IMG/VR virus record: IMGVR_UViG_3300006056_000014
Location: 1 to 37,314 of that record
Origin: a virus
Length of the DNA stretch: 37,314 bases
Direction: 5' to 3' (one strand)
Below the pieces are notes generated by a model. The model was not told the origin of the DNA. It made no database searches and saw nothing but the letters and a program-made list of their open reading frames with translations. This document shows, piece after piece, positions 1 to 9,434 of the stretch. The stretch's first letter is position 1. Each line of letters starts with the position of its first letter. The translations under genes and the position numbers were made by a program.

Positions 1-80
1 ACCGCGCTGGAAATGATCGAACTGCAAAAACAGTCCGCCGCCCGGGCTGTCCTGCCTTTCGTTGTCGGCTGGGAAGGTGT
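1..80. repeat. Terminal direct repeat copy 1, identical to 37235-37314 (overlap of a circular or permuted assembly)
   Basis: The 80 nt string accgcgctggaaatgatcgaac...ggctgggaaggtgt occurs at both ends. It lies inside one ORF that reads through the junction. Confidence 0.95.
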
Positions 81-252
81 CAGCGAACTGTCCATGTTCG
101 ATGGCGGCGCCCCACATCCGCTGCCCTTCGACGCGACCGTTTGCGCCGAATGGCTGACCGACCGGCTCGACATCCTCGGTGAGATCGTCAAAGCCGTCTT
201 CAAGGCCTACGAAGACCACCAACTCAAGCTGGCTGAAGCCGCAAAAAACTGA
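1..252 (+). CDS. Tail assembly chaperone (gpG-like), 3' part; the gene starts at 37154 across the circular junction (110 aa in total)
   Basis: The frame is open from nt 1 (TALEMIELQ...) and matches the ORF that begins with ATG at 37154. It lies between the major tail and tape measure genes and ends with the slippery site followed by TGA at 250-252. Confidence 0.8.
   Translation, partial: TALEMIELQKQSAARAVLPFVVGWEGVSELSMFDGGAPHPLPFDATVCAEWLTDRLDILGEIVKAVFKAYEDHQLKLAEAAKN
243..249 (+). promoter_or_regulatory. -1 programmed ribosomal frameshift site, slippery heptamer A_AAA_AAC
   Basis: Zero-frame codons AAA(244-246) and AAC(247-249) are preceded by A243 and followed directly by stop TGA 250-252. 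The -1 frame stays open to TAA at 456-458. Confidence 0.8.
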
Positions 253-458
253 CGGCCTGGCTTGAGGGGCAAAACCTGCCGGGAACCCTCAAGCCAGCCG
301 GCCAGCCGCCGGAAGTCAGGCTCGCCATAGAAGCCTGGAATCTATGCGGTGGTCTGGATTGGTCGGCACTGCCGGCCGTCGCTGAAATTCTCGGCTACCA
401 GGACATTGAGCTGCTCATTGCGCAAATGACGGCAATCAGGGATCACCACAGGGAATAA
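249..458 (+). CDS. gpT-like -1 frame extension that produces the G-T fusion chaperone
   Basis: The -1 frame reads LTAWLEGQNLPGTLKPAGQPPEVRLAIEAWNLCGGLDWSALPAVAEILGYQDIELLIAQMTAIRDHHRE with no stop. It ends 3 nt before the tape measure ATG at 461. Confidence 0.7.
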   Translation: MTAWLEGQNLPGTLKPAGQPPEVRLAIEAWNLCGGLDWSALPAVAEILGYQDIELLIAQMTAIRDHHRE

Positions 459-460
459 GC

Positions 461-2776
461 ATGGCACTCGCTACGCTATCAATCGACCTCGAAGCCAAGC
501 TGGCCAGCCTGGAGCGGGATTTTTCCCGCGCCTCGCGGCTCGCCGAAGACAACGCCCGCCGCATGCAAGCCTCCTATGCCGGCGTCGGAAAAACCTTCGA
601 AGAGCTTGGCGCCACCATTGCCGGTGCAGTCGGCGTCAACTTCACCGTCTCCCTGATTCAGGGCGCCATCGATGCCCAGGACAAACTCAAAGACCTGAGC
701 AAATCCACCTCGCTCACCGTCGAGCAGCTGGCCGGCCTGAGCTCTCTGGCCAACAAGAGCGGCACTGATATCGACGGCTTGGCTGCATCGATCAACAAGC
801 TGTCCGTCAACATGGGCAAGGATGCCGAGAAATTTGCCAAGATCGGTATCGACGCCAAAGACCCGATCGAGGCTTTCAAGCAACTGGCCGACATCTACAA
901 CGCCATTGAAGACCCGCAACAGCGCGCCGCATTCGCTGCCGAGGCGCTAGGAAAGTCCTGGCAGTCTGCTGCCCCGGCGCTGTCCGAGGGTGGCAAGTCC
1001 ATCGGCGAACTGATCGAGCGCGGCCAAAAACTGTCCGGCATCACCAAGGAATCGGCTGGTCGGGCCGATGAGCTGAACGACAACATCGCCGACCTGAAGG
1101 GCTCAGTCAGTGGCCTGGCGACCGCCTTTGCCAATAGCCTGGTGCCGTCCCTGAACGATACGACCAAGGCAATGACCGAATCGATCGAGAAGGGCGACAC
1201 GCTGTATGCCTTGCTGCGCGGCTATATCGGCCTTGGAAAGTTGCCATGGGATGCGATGTTGGGCGACGTCGATATGTCGCAGGGCGCTTTCCAAAAAGAT
1301 CTTGAAAACACGTTAGCCACGCTTGAGGTGCGTCGTAAGGAGGTCGAGGCTAACGGCGGCCTGCTAAATAAGTGGTTGTATGGATCAAAAGAAGAGCTCG
1401 ACCAGAAGATTCTTGTCACCAGAAACCAGCTTGAGGCGCTGAAGAAATTTGGTGACAAGCTGACAAAATCGGTCGGTGAGACGCTTGAAGAAACATCTCC
1501 AAAGCCTAGCAGGAAAAGAATTCAGCGCTTCATCGATGGCGATAAAGAATTAACTGACCCCCACGCTAACGACTTCTCCAAGCTGATCCAGTCGCTGAAC
1601 GAGAAGATCGCCGTCCAGACCGAAGACCTGCAGAGCGTCGAGAAGCTTACCCAGGCGCAGAAGGATTACGCCAAGTTCCAGGCAGACATTGCCTCCGGCG
1701 CTGTTGTCCTGACGGAATCCCAGAAAGCCGTTGCTGGCTCTTTCTGGGAGGTCTATCTCGCCCGCACCAAGCTGAACGAATCCGAGAAGGCAAACGAGAA
1801 AGCTGGCGCTCTGGTCGATGACTACAAGCGCGGCAACGCCATCATCCTGGAGCGTATCGCTCGCGAACAAGAGTTGGCCCTGATGACCGACCGACAGCGC
1901 GCCATTGCTGAGGCCCTGTACCGCGTCGAAGACGACGGACAGAAGATCCGTGAACGGATCATCCACGACATTCAGGACGAGACCGCCCAGAAGCTTGCCC
2001 TGGCCAAGGCCGAAGAAGAGCTCGCCGTCCAGAAAAACAAGGTTGCCGAGGCAACGGCACGCAGCTTTGATCAGCAACGTACTTTTGAATTCGGATGGCG
2101 AAAGGCCTTTCAGTCCTATCAGGACAACGCCACCGATGCCGCGCGTTCGGCGCAGGAAGTCTTCCAGCAGGCCAGCAGCGCCATGGAAGACGCCCTGACG
2201 CGGTTCGCCATGACCGGCAAGCTCAGCTTCAGCAGCCTGGCCAACTCAATCATTGCTGACATCGTGCGTATGCAGGCCGAGCGCGTCGTCGGCATCATGG
2301 GCTCCTTGGGTAATTGGGTTGGTAGTTTATTCGGCGAGTCAAAAACAGGGCTTGCATCGCTACCGTCAAGCGTGAATTCCACGTTTGCCAAGGGTGGCGT
2401 GTTCGAAAACTCGCCGTCGCTCTCCGCCTACTCCGGCAGGGTCTACGACTCGCCACAGCCCTTCCTGTTTGCCAAGGGTGCCGGCGTCTTTGGCGAGGCC
2501 GGTCCCGAAGCGATCATGCCGCTCAAGCGCGGGCGGGACGGAAAGCTTGGCGTTGCCTCCGACGGTGGCGCATCCGTCACCGTCAACGTCATCAACAACA
2601 CCGGCGCCCAGACCCGGCAGACAGAGCGCCCCGACGGCCGCGGCGGAAAGATCATCGACGTTCTGATCGAGCAGGTCGAGGCCAAGCTGGCCGGCAATAT
2701 TTCGACCGGCAGCGGCCCGGTACCGGCTGCGCTGCAGTCTTCGTACGGTCTCAATCGCACGGCAGGAGCTTACTGA
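461..2776 (+). CDS. Tail tape measure protein
   Basis: 771 aa, long coiled-coil/alpha-helical composition, positioned right after the G/GT chaperone. Its TGA overlaps the next ATG (ATGA-type junction at 2774-2778). Confidence 0.85.
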   Translation: MALATLSIDLEAKLASLERDFSRASRLAEDNARRMQASYAGVGKTFEELGATIAGAVGVNFTVSLIQGAIDAQDKLKDLSKSTSLTVEQLAGLSSLANKSGTDIDGLAASINKLSVNMGKDAEKFAKIGIDAKDPIEAFKQLADIYNAIEDPQQRAAFAAEALGKSWQSAAPALSEGGKSIGELIERGQKLSGITKESAGRADELNDNIADLKGSVSGLATAFANSLVPSLNDTTKAMTESIEKGDTLYALLRGYIGLGKLPWDAMLGDVDMSQGAFQKDLENTLATLEVRRKEVEANGGLLNKWLYGSKEELDQKILVTRNQLEALKKFGDKLTKSVGETLEETSPKPSRKRIQRFIDGDKELTDPHANDFSKLIQSLNEKIAVQTEDLQSVEKLTQAQKDYAKFQADIASGAVVLTESQKAVAGSFWEVYLARTKLNESEKANEKAGALVDDYKRGNAIILERIAREQELALMTDRQRAIAEALYRVEDDGQKIRERIIHDIQDETAQKLALAKAEEELAVQKNKVAEATARSFDQQRTFEFGWRKAFQSYQDNATDAARSAQEVFQQASSAMEDALTRFAMTGKLSFSSLANSIIADIVRMQAERVVGIMGSLGNWVGSLFGESKTGLASLPSSVNSTFAKGGVFENSPSLSAYSGRVYDSPQPFLFAKGAGVFGEAGPEAIMPLKRGRDGKLGVASDGGASVTVNVINNTGAQTRQTERPDGRGGKIIDVLIEQVEAKLAGNISTGSGPVPAALQSSYGLNRTAGAY

Positions 2777-4380
2777 TGGGAATGCCCTGGCCCTCAACTT
2801 TGCCCATGCCGTTGCTCGACGGCTATTCAACCGCGCCCGGGGTAGAGATTGCGCGTACCGACATGGAAGCCGGCGAGGCGCGGGTGCGCCGTCGCTCGGT
2901 GTCGGCGCCTGACACCATCAAGCTGGCCTGGCTTCTTGATGCCGCGCAGATGAAAATTTTCCGTGCCTACTGGGATATTGAACTGGCCGCCGGTGCGTCC
3001 TGGTGCGACATGAATGTCGACGTCGGCGACGGCATCGAGCAGAAATCAGTGCGTGTTATCGGCCAGTACCAGGCGGCAATGTTGTCTCCGTCGCGCTGGA
3101 AAGTCAGTTGCGAGGCCGAAGTGCGCAAGCTTCGTTCGTCGGTATTCGACTACCTGAACCTGATGGGCCTGCCGTCGCTGGATCTTGATTTCGCTGGCAC
3201 ACAGAGTCTGTCACCGGTCATTACCTCGGCCCGGCAGCCGCGCCCGGTTGTGTCATTCGCCCGTGCATCGACAGCCACCTACATCGGTGCCGACGGCCTG
3301 CTGAAAATCGCTGCTGAAAGCGAACCTCGCTTTTATTGCGACCCGATCACCCACGTATGTAAAGGTCTCTTGATCGAAGAGAGCCGCGCAAACCTGTTTT
3401 TGTATTCCGAGCAATTCGACAATGCAGTTTGGAACAAGGGCGGCAACACAATCACCGCCAATGCCGCTGTTGCGCCTGACGGAACTACGACGGCCGATAA
3501 ATACATCCCAAACAACGGTCAGACCGGCACATGGATGCCGCAGTTTGTATCCGGTCAGGCCGCAGGGACATTTACGGTTTCTGCCTTCCTAAAGGATGCC
3601 GGCGGCGGGTACGCGAACCTGTATTTTTACACCACCGAGCACGGCGACAACTGGTGCCGGATCAACCTCTCCACAGGGGCGCTCGACTCAACGGCCGGAC
3701 CGGTAACAAAGACCCTGCAGATTCAGCAATTGATCAACGGGTACTACCGTTGCTCGATGACGTTCACGACGACAGGGATGACGTCGTTTCAAGCCGGGAT
3801 TCGCCATTCTGGCTGGACGGGTGACGGAACGAAGGGGTTTTACATGTGGGGCCTCCAGATCGAGGCCGGGTCGTTTCCCACATCCTACATTCCGACGACG
3901 TCATCTTCGGTGTCTAGAGCCTGGGAAGTGTGCAGCTTGAGCGGCAGCAATTTTTCAAGCTGGTATCGCGCCGACGAAGGCGGTCTTGTTGTTGATCGCA
4001 TTCCCGCTCGATATCCGTTGCTCGCTGAATACGATCCTGTCCTTATCTCTGACGGCACATCTAACAATGTGATTTATCAGCGCGTAGTCGGAGGTACAAC
4101 GCAATATTGCGACAGCTACCTTGTCGCATCTGGTACGACATACGTTGATTCTCCTAACGCGGCTGCGGCTGCCTGGGTTGAACACAAGCAGGCAGTGACA
4201 TTCAACGCCGCCAGCCATGCGGATTGTCTCGACGGCGGCACCGTGAATTCCGATTCGACGCTGGTTATACCGAGCGTCAACCAAATGCGTATCGGAAGTG
4301 CTGGCGCAGGTGTATTCAAGCGCGTCCGCTTCTTCCCGAGGCGCCTGACCAACGCCGAGCTCCAGGCGCTGTCGGCATGA
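2776..4380 (+). CDS. Minor/distal tail protein in the gpM position, with a long C-terminal lectin-like (ConA/LamG-type) extension
   Basis: 534 aa. The first ~120 aa sit in the gpM/Dit position after the TMP. The remainder has carbohydrate-binding-module style motifs (APDGTTTADKY, GFYMWGLQIEAG..TSYIPT, RVRFFPRRLTNAELQALS). Confidence 0.55.
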   Translation: MGMPWPSTLPMPLLDGYSTAPGVEIARTDMEAGEARVRRRSVSAPDTIKLAWLLDAAQMKIFRAYWDIELAAGASWCDMNVDVGDGIEQKSVRVIGQYQAAMLSPSRWKVSCEAEVRKLRSSVFDYLNLMGLPSLDLDFAGTQSLSPVITSARQPRPVVSFARASTATYIGADGLLKIAAESEPRFYCDPITHVCKGLLIEESRANLFLYSEQFDNAVWNKGGNTITANAAVAPDGTTTADKYIPNNGQTGTWMPQFVSGQAAGTFTVSAFLKDAGGGYANLYFYTTEHGDNWCRINLSTGALDSTAGPVTKTLQIQQLINGYYRCSMTFTTTGMTSFQAGIRHSGWTGDGTKGFYMWGLQIEAGSFPTSYIPTTSSSVSRAWEVCSLSGSNFSSWYRADEGGLVVDRIPARYPLLAEYDPVLISDGTSNNVIYQRVVGGTTQYCDSYLVASGTTYVDSPNAAAAAWVEHKQAVTFNAASHADCLDGGTVNSDSTLVIPSVNQMRIGSAGAGVFKRVRFFPRRLTNAELQALSA

Positions 4381-4673
4381 ACAAGACCAATTTCGAACAC
4401 GCGCTCTACGCGCTGGCGATGCAGGTCGCTGTGGCACTCGTCGGCTTCGGCTGGGTTGCTGGGGCCTTCCTCGGCGCTGGGTTTTTCATCGGCCGCGAAC
4501 TGGCGCAGGCGGAGTACCGCTGGATCGAGCAGTTCGGCGGCGGTCGCCGTGCCAACCTGCCGTGGTGGGGCTGCTTCGACCTTCGTGTCTGGCAGCACCT
4601 GGACGCATGGCTTGACGTTCTGTGTCCGGTGGTAGCAGTGACAGCGCTCGCCTGCGCGATGGGGAGGTTCTAA
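4377..4673 (+). CDS. Small membrane protein (hypothetical)
   Basis: ATG at 4377 overlaps the upstream stop (ATGA). MNKTNFEHALYALAMQVAVALVGFGWVAGAFLGAGFFIG... contains hydrophobic helices. Confidence 0.5.
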   Translation: MNKTNFEHALYALAMQVAVALVGFGWVAGAFLGAGFFIGRELAQAEYRWIEQFGGGRRANLPWWGCFDLRVWQHLDAWLDVLCPVVAVTALACAMGRF

Positions 4674-4676
4674 TCC

Positions 4677-5186
4677 GTGCCTGATTCCACTCTCTCGCAA
4701 GCTCTCAAGGAAGCCTACGCAGCCGCGCCGTCGGACGTCATCGTCTATCACACGCTGGAGATCAACCATCCAGCATTCAACCAGCCGATCTACGTGGTGC
4801 GCGATACCTCTGACCTCAACGCCAATCTGGAAAACGGCGATCCGGTGACCTTCATTCGCTTCGCATTCCGCCTAGTTAAGCCGGAAGTGTCGCCGACCGG
4901 TGTACCGCAGATGACCGTCGAGATCGATAACGTCAGCCGCGACATCCTGGCCAACATCCAACTGGCGATGCAGTCGACGTCCAAGATCACGATGACCTAC
5001 CGCGAGTACTTGTCGACCGACCTCTCCGGCCCGCAGAACGATCCTCCGATGGAGATGGTGCTTTCCAGCATCAAGGCTGATGTGTTCAAGGTGTCGGCGA
5101 CTGCGTCGTTCGGCGATGACAACAACAAGCGATTCCCGAACGAGGAATACACGGCCGATCGCTTCCCTATGCTGGTGGTGGAATGA
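4677..5186 (+). CDS. Minor tail protein, gpL-position (DUF1833-like)
   Basis: 169 aa with a GTG start. It sits between the gpM-like and NlpC/P60 genes. The sequence style (VIVYHTLEINHPAF..., EIDNVSRDI) is typical of DUF1833/tail L-like proteins. Confidence 0.55.
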   Translation: MPDSTLSQALKEAYAAAPSDVIVYHTLEINHPAFNQPIYVVRDTSDLNANLENGDPVTFIRFAFRLVKPEVSPTGVPQMTVEIDNVSRDILANIQLAMQSTSKITMTYREYLSTDLSGPQNDPPMEMVLSSIKADVFKVSATASFGDDNNKRFPNEEYTADRFPMLVVE

Positions 5187-5584
5187 TGCATTGGGCTTTT
5201 GAATATCTCGGTCGCCCCTGGATCGCCAAGGTCCATGAGTGCGGACACTTCTTCGTCGACGTCCAGCGCGAGCGCTTCGGCGTTGTGTCGCAGGTGATCG
5301 ATGCCGACTCGCTGTCTGTGCTGTCCTGCGTGCGGGCGCTGTCTGGCCATCACCCCGAACTGCTCAACTGGGTCGAGGTCGAGGTTCCGGAAGAGGGTGA
5401 TGCCGTGCAGATGAGCCACTCCAAGCACCCGCACCATATCGGTGTCTGGGTGGACGTGGATGGCGGCGGCGTCCTGCATTGCGTGGAAGGCCCGGGCGTG
5501 GTGTTCAGCACCCGCAAATCCTTGAAAGCGCACGGCTGGAACATCGTTTCGATCAAGCGCCACCGGAGCCGTGCCCATGGCTGA
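5183..5584 (+). CDS. NlpC/P60-family tail protein (gpK-like)
   Basis: 133 aa with a Cys/His/His arrangement (HECGHFF, HHIGVWV, VLHCVEG), in the gpK position. Confidence 0.65.
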   Translation: MMHWAFEYLGRPWIAKVHECGHFFVDVQRERFGVVSQVIDADSLSVLSCVRALSGHHPELLNWVEVEVPEEGDAVQMSHSKHPHHIGVWVDVDGGGVLHCVEGPGVVFSTRKSLKAHGWNIVSIKRHRSRAHG

Positions 5585-8198
5585 TCGCGTCTCTGCCTTC
5601 TCGGCCCACTGCGTCACGATTCGCGACCCGTTCCATCCGCTGCGCCATCGTGAGGTGGTGCGGCTGGACGGCCCTGGCCCAATCTCGGCATTGGCGCCGA
5701 CGACGACTCAGCCGTTCATCATCATGCGCAACGGGCAGGCCCTACTGCGCAAAGACTGGAATCAGACGGTCAGCGACGGCGACCTGTTGGCGGTAGTGCT
5801 GCTCCCGCAGGGCGGTCGCGGTGGCTCTGACGTGCTGCGTATTGTGCTGATGGTGGTTATTGCGGTTTTTGCCTATCAGGTTGCCCCATGGGTTGGTGGG
5901 CAATTTGGTATTACGTCGGCAGGGGGGATTGCTGCAATCCAGGGTGGTATCGGGATTCTTGGTTCTGCGCTCGTCAATGCCATATTGCCCCCGCAGGCCG
6001 CGGCTAATAGCGGATCTGGCAACAACAAGGCGGCCTCTCCAACGTACAACCTGGCCGCGCAGGGAAATCAAGCCCGTATCGGTGCGGCGATCCCTATCCA
6101 GTACGGCCGGCTTCGTTCTTATCCGGACTTCGCCGCGGCTCCCTACGTCGAATACCAAGGCAACGAGCAGTACCTGTACCAGCTGCTGTGTATTGGCATT
6201 GGCGAATATGCCATCGAGCAGATCCTGATCGAAGATACCGATATCGGCAACTTCGAGGAAGTTCAGTACGAGATCGTTGGGCCGAACGAGACTCTTGATC
6301 TGTTTCCCGCCGCTGTCGTCACTGCTGGCGAGGTCGCTGGCCAGGACATGGTCTATGACACGGCGGTCGGGCCGTTCATCAGCAACAACGCCGGAACCAC
6401 GGCCACCAAGCTGGCGCTCGATATCGTTCTTCCCCGCGGCCTGTACCACCTCAACAATTCTGGCGCCCTGCTTGTACGGAGTATCACCTTCACAGCCGAG
6501 GCGCGGCAGGTCGATGACAACGGTACGCCGATCGGCAGCTGGATTACCCTCGGTGAGGAAACCATCGAGGCTGCCACCTCAACGCCGCAGCGCCTGTCCT
6601 ACAACTACCAAGTCACCGCTGGTCGCTATGAAGTCAAGGTGACGCGGACCAGTGAAAAGGATGAGGACACGGCCACTGCCAATGACATCGTCTGGGCTGG
6701 TCTGCGTGCCTATCTCATCAGCGATTCGACATTCGGCAACGTGACGCTGCTGGCGGTTCGCATCAGAGCGACGAACAATCTGTCGCAGCAATCATCCCGC
6801 AAGATCAATGTCATCGCCACGCGCAAGCTGCACTACTGGAACGGTTATGCGTGGGCTGGCCCGGTGGCGACCCGTTCTATTGCCTGGGCGCTGGCCGATG
6901 CCTGCAAGACGGTGGGTATTCCGGATAACCGGATGGATCTCGACGGCCTTCTGGCACTGGAAGCGACGTGGGCGGCTCGTGGCGATACCTTCAACGCCCG
7001 ATTCGACAATACCAGCACCTTCTGGGATGCCTTGACCAAGATCGCCTTGGCAGGTCGGGCCAAGCCGTTCAAGCAAGCCGGCATCGTGCATTTCCGTCGC
7101 GACGAGGCCGTTTCCCTGCCGGTGGCCATGTACTCGATGCGCAACATCATTCGCGGCTCGTTCTCGATCGAGTTCCTGACGCCGACCGATGAGACGGCCG
7201 ACGCGGTCGAAGTGACCTACTTCGACGAGACGACGTGGAAATTCCGCACCCTGCTGTGCAAGCTGCCGGATTCCACTGCCGAGCGACCGGCAAAGATCGA
7301 GTACTTCGGTGTGACCAACCGTCAGCAGGTCTATGAGTACGGCATCTACATGGCCGCGGCCAATCGCTATCGCCGGATGCCGATCTCCCTGCAGACCGAG
7401 ATGGAAGGTTTTATTCCGTCGTTTGGCGATCTGGTGGCGATCTCGCACGACATGCCGCAATGGGGCCAGGGGGCTGATGTTGTCGATTGGGACGAAGACA
7501 CGCTAACCATGACATTGAGCGAGCCGCTGGTTTTTATCGGCACCGGCAACCACTACGCCGGCCTTCCTCGCCGGGACGGGTCGGTATCAGGGCCGTACGT
7601 GGTCCGGTCGGGTGCTGCCGAAGATCAGATCGTATTCACTGTGCCACCTGATTTCACGCCATATACCGGTCAGGATGAGGTGCGCACGCAGGTCATCTTC
7701 GGTCCCGGTGAGGCCTGGTATCAACCGGCCCGGGTGCTGGCGATCCGCCCGAAGGATGAATACACGGTCGAGCTGGTCTGCATCAACGAAGACCCGTCGG
7801 TGCACACCGCCGAACTTGGGATGCTTGCCCCGGCCATCAACCATTCGCAACTGCCAGCAACCCCGAAGGCGCCGGAGGTGTCTGGGCTGATCGCCCGATC
7901 GGCACCGGGTCAGCCAGACAAGATGGTCATCAGCTGGCGCCCGTCGCCAGGCGCAGAGCGCTATCTGGTCGAGCAATCGGCAGACGGTCTCGTCTGGACA
8001 CGCGTTGGCGACACGACAGCCAACAACTACACCGGTCAGGCGCTGTATGGCGCCCAGACCAAAGTGCGCGTGGCGGCCATTGGGGCGCTGCGTGGATCCT
8101 GGGCAAGCATCAATTACGCCCTTGAATCCGATTACATGTGGAACGCCAATGCGGCAACGCCGATGTGGTCTTCCGATAGCAATCCGATGTGGGGTTAA
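5577..8198 (+). CDS. Tail tip/host specificity protein; gpI-like N-terminus fused to a gpJ-like body with a C-terminal FN3 domain
   Basis: The N-terminal ~190 aa mirror lambda gpI: a ubiquitin-like part, a Gly-rich hydrophobic stretch, and the ...NLAAQGNQARIGAAIPIQYGRLR motif. The central region resembles gpJ. An FN3-like segment is PEVSGLIARSAPGQPDKMVISWRPSPGAERYLVEQS... Confidence 0.8.
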   Translation: MADRVSAFSAHCVTIRDPFHPLRHREVVRLDGPGPISALAPTTTQPFIIMRNGQALLRKDWNQTVSDGDLLAVVLLPQGGRGGSDVLRIVLMVVIAVFAYQVAPWVGGQFGITSAGGIAAIQGGIGILGSALVNAILPPQAAANSGSGNNKAASPTYNLAAQGNQARIGAAIPIQYGRLRSYPDFAAAPYVEYQGNEQYLYQLLCIGIGEYAIEQILIEDTDIGNFEEVQYEIVGPNETLDLFPAAVVTAGEVAGQDMVYDTAVGPFISNNAGTTATKLALDIVLPRGLYHLNNSGALLVRSITFTAEARQVDDNGTPIGSWITLGEETIEAATSTPQRLSYNYQVTAGRYEVKVTRTSEKDEDTATANDIVWAGLRAYLISDSTFGNVTLLAVRIRATNNLSQQSSRKINVIATRKLHYWNGYAWAGPVATRSIAWALADACKTVGIPDNRMDLDGLLALEATWAARGDTFNARFDNTSTFWDALTKIALAGRAKPFKQAGIVHFRRDEAVSLPVAMYSMRNIIRGSFSIEFLTPTDETADAVEVTYFDETTWKFRTLLCKLPDSTAERPAKIEYFGVTNRQQVYEYGIYMAAANRYRRMPISLQTEMEGFIPSFGDLVAISHDMPQWGQGADVVDWDEDTLTMTLSEPLVFIGTGNHYAGLPRRDGSVSGPYVVRSGAAEDQIVFTVPPDFTPYTGQDEVRTQVIFGPGEAWYQPARVLAIRPKDEYTVELVCINEDPSVHTAELGMLAPAINHSQLPATPKAPEVSGLIARSAPGQPDKMVISWRPSPGAERYLVEQSADGLVWTRVGDTTANNYTGQALYGAQTKVRVAAIGALRGSWASINYALESDYMWNANAATPMWSSDSNPMWG

Positions 8199-8200
8199 CC

Positions 8201-9424
8201 ATGAATCTATCACCATCCTCGTCTGCCACTTCTCCGACCGCTACCGAAGGCGACGTCAAAAACTTTCTGACCAACGTCCGCGACTACATCGCTACGTTGC
8301 TTGGTGCTGATACATCCAATAAATCGGCTGTTCTCACCGCCCTGACGGCGCCGCTCAATAGCCGGATCGACAAAACAGCAGCCTATACGGTCGTCGCGGC
8401 CGATCGCGGCAAGGTGATCAACTGCACCGGAACCGGTGGCTGGGATTTGACCATCACGGCTGCGGCAACGCTGGGCGATGGCTTTGTATTCGCGGCGGTC
8501 AACAGGACGACCGGGGCGATCACGATCAATCCGAACCTGAGCGAGCAGGTGGCAGGCGTCACTACCTACGCCATGCAGCCTGGCGAGTCGGTGATTGTGT
8601 ATTGCACCGGCTCGGCATTCGAGTTGTTCGGCAATTCGCCGAAGCGCTCCGATATACAGACATTTACGTCCAGCGGCACCTGGATCAAGCCCCCTGCAGC
8701 GCCGGCAAACTCCCTGGTGATTGTCGAGACGTGGGGTGGCGGTGGTAGTGGCGGCAAGGGGTCGTCGGATAAGTCTGGCGGTGGTGGCGGTGGTGGCGAG
8801 TACGCCTGCGACATTTACCCGCTTTCTGCGTTCAGCACCACAGAGACCGTCACGATCGGCGCCGGTGGTACGGCCGTTACGGCGGCTTCAACCAACGGTA
8901 ATCCTGGTGGGAATACGACAGTCGGTGCGCTGCCCATTGCCTACGGCGGCGGCGGTGGTGCGAAGTGGGGAGGCAACGCGCCGGCTTCGCCCGGTGGCGG
9001 CGGTGGCGGTGGCGGCGGCGATGTGTCTGGCGGCACCAACGGCCTCGGCGCTAACGGCGGCATGCGGGCAACGGCCCCGGGTGGCCTTGGCGAACTTGGC
9101 GGGATAAGAAATGCCACTACGCCAGCCCCTGGGATTAATGCTGGCGGTGGCGGCGGTGGCGGTGGCGGCGGTACATCAAGTGGTGGCGCCGACGGCGGCA
9201 ACACGATCAAGGGCGGCGCCGGTGGTGGCGGTGGCGGCCGATCTACAGGCGACCCTGCCGGCGACGGCGGCATTTCAAATTACGGCGGCAATGGCGGCGC
9301 CGGGTCTGTCGATTCCGCGTCGGCAACGGCCGGTTCTTTCCCGGGTGGTGGCGGCGGCGGCTCAGAAAACGGCACCAGCGGTGCCGGTGGAAACGGCAAG
9401 GCAGTCATCACTGTGATTTGGTAA
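8201..9424 (+). CDS. Glycine-rich domain protein (putative tail fibre/receptor-binding accessory)
   Basis: ATG at 8201 follows the gpJ stop. FTSSGTWIKPPAAPANSLVIVETWGGGGSGG is followed by multiple poly-Gly blocks, the typical phage Gly-rich domain architecture. Confidence 0.7.
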   Translation: MNLSPSSSATSPTATEGDVKNFLTNVRDYIATLLGADTSNKSAVLTALTAPLNSRIDKTAAYTVVAADRGKVINCTGTGGWDLTITAAATLGDGFVFAAVNRTTGAITINPNLSEQVAGVTTYAMQPGESVIVYCTGSAFELFGNSPKRSDIQTFTSSGTWIKPPAAPANSLVIVETWGGGGSGGKGSSDKSGGGGGGGEYACDIYPLSAFSTTETVTIGAGGTAVTAASTNGNPGGNTTVGALPIAYGGGGGAKWGGNAPASPGGGGGGGGGDVSGGTNGLGANGGMRATAPGGLGELGGIRNATTPAPGINAGGGGGGGGGGTSSGGADGGNTIKGGAGGGGGGRSTGDPAGDGGISNYGGNGGAGSVDSASATAGSFPGGGGGGSENGTSGAGGNGKAVITVIW

Positions 9425-9434
9425 GGGGGTACAA

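Noticed and set aside
1-80. 80-nt terminal repeat considered as physical direct terminal repeats of the virion DNA or as LTR-like ends
   Set aside because: The repeat cuts through the middle of the tail chaperone ORF, which reads seamlessly across the junction. This is the pattern of an assembler overlap on a circular or permuted contig. The HNH plus terS organisation suggests cos ends elsewhere.
8941-9273. 110-aa poly-proline ORF on the minus strand
   Set aside because: It is simply the complement of the GGN-rich glycine tracts of the Gly-rich protein gene.
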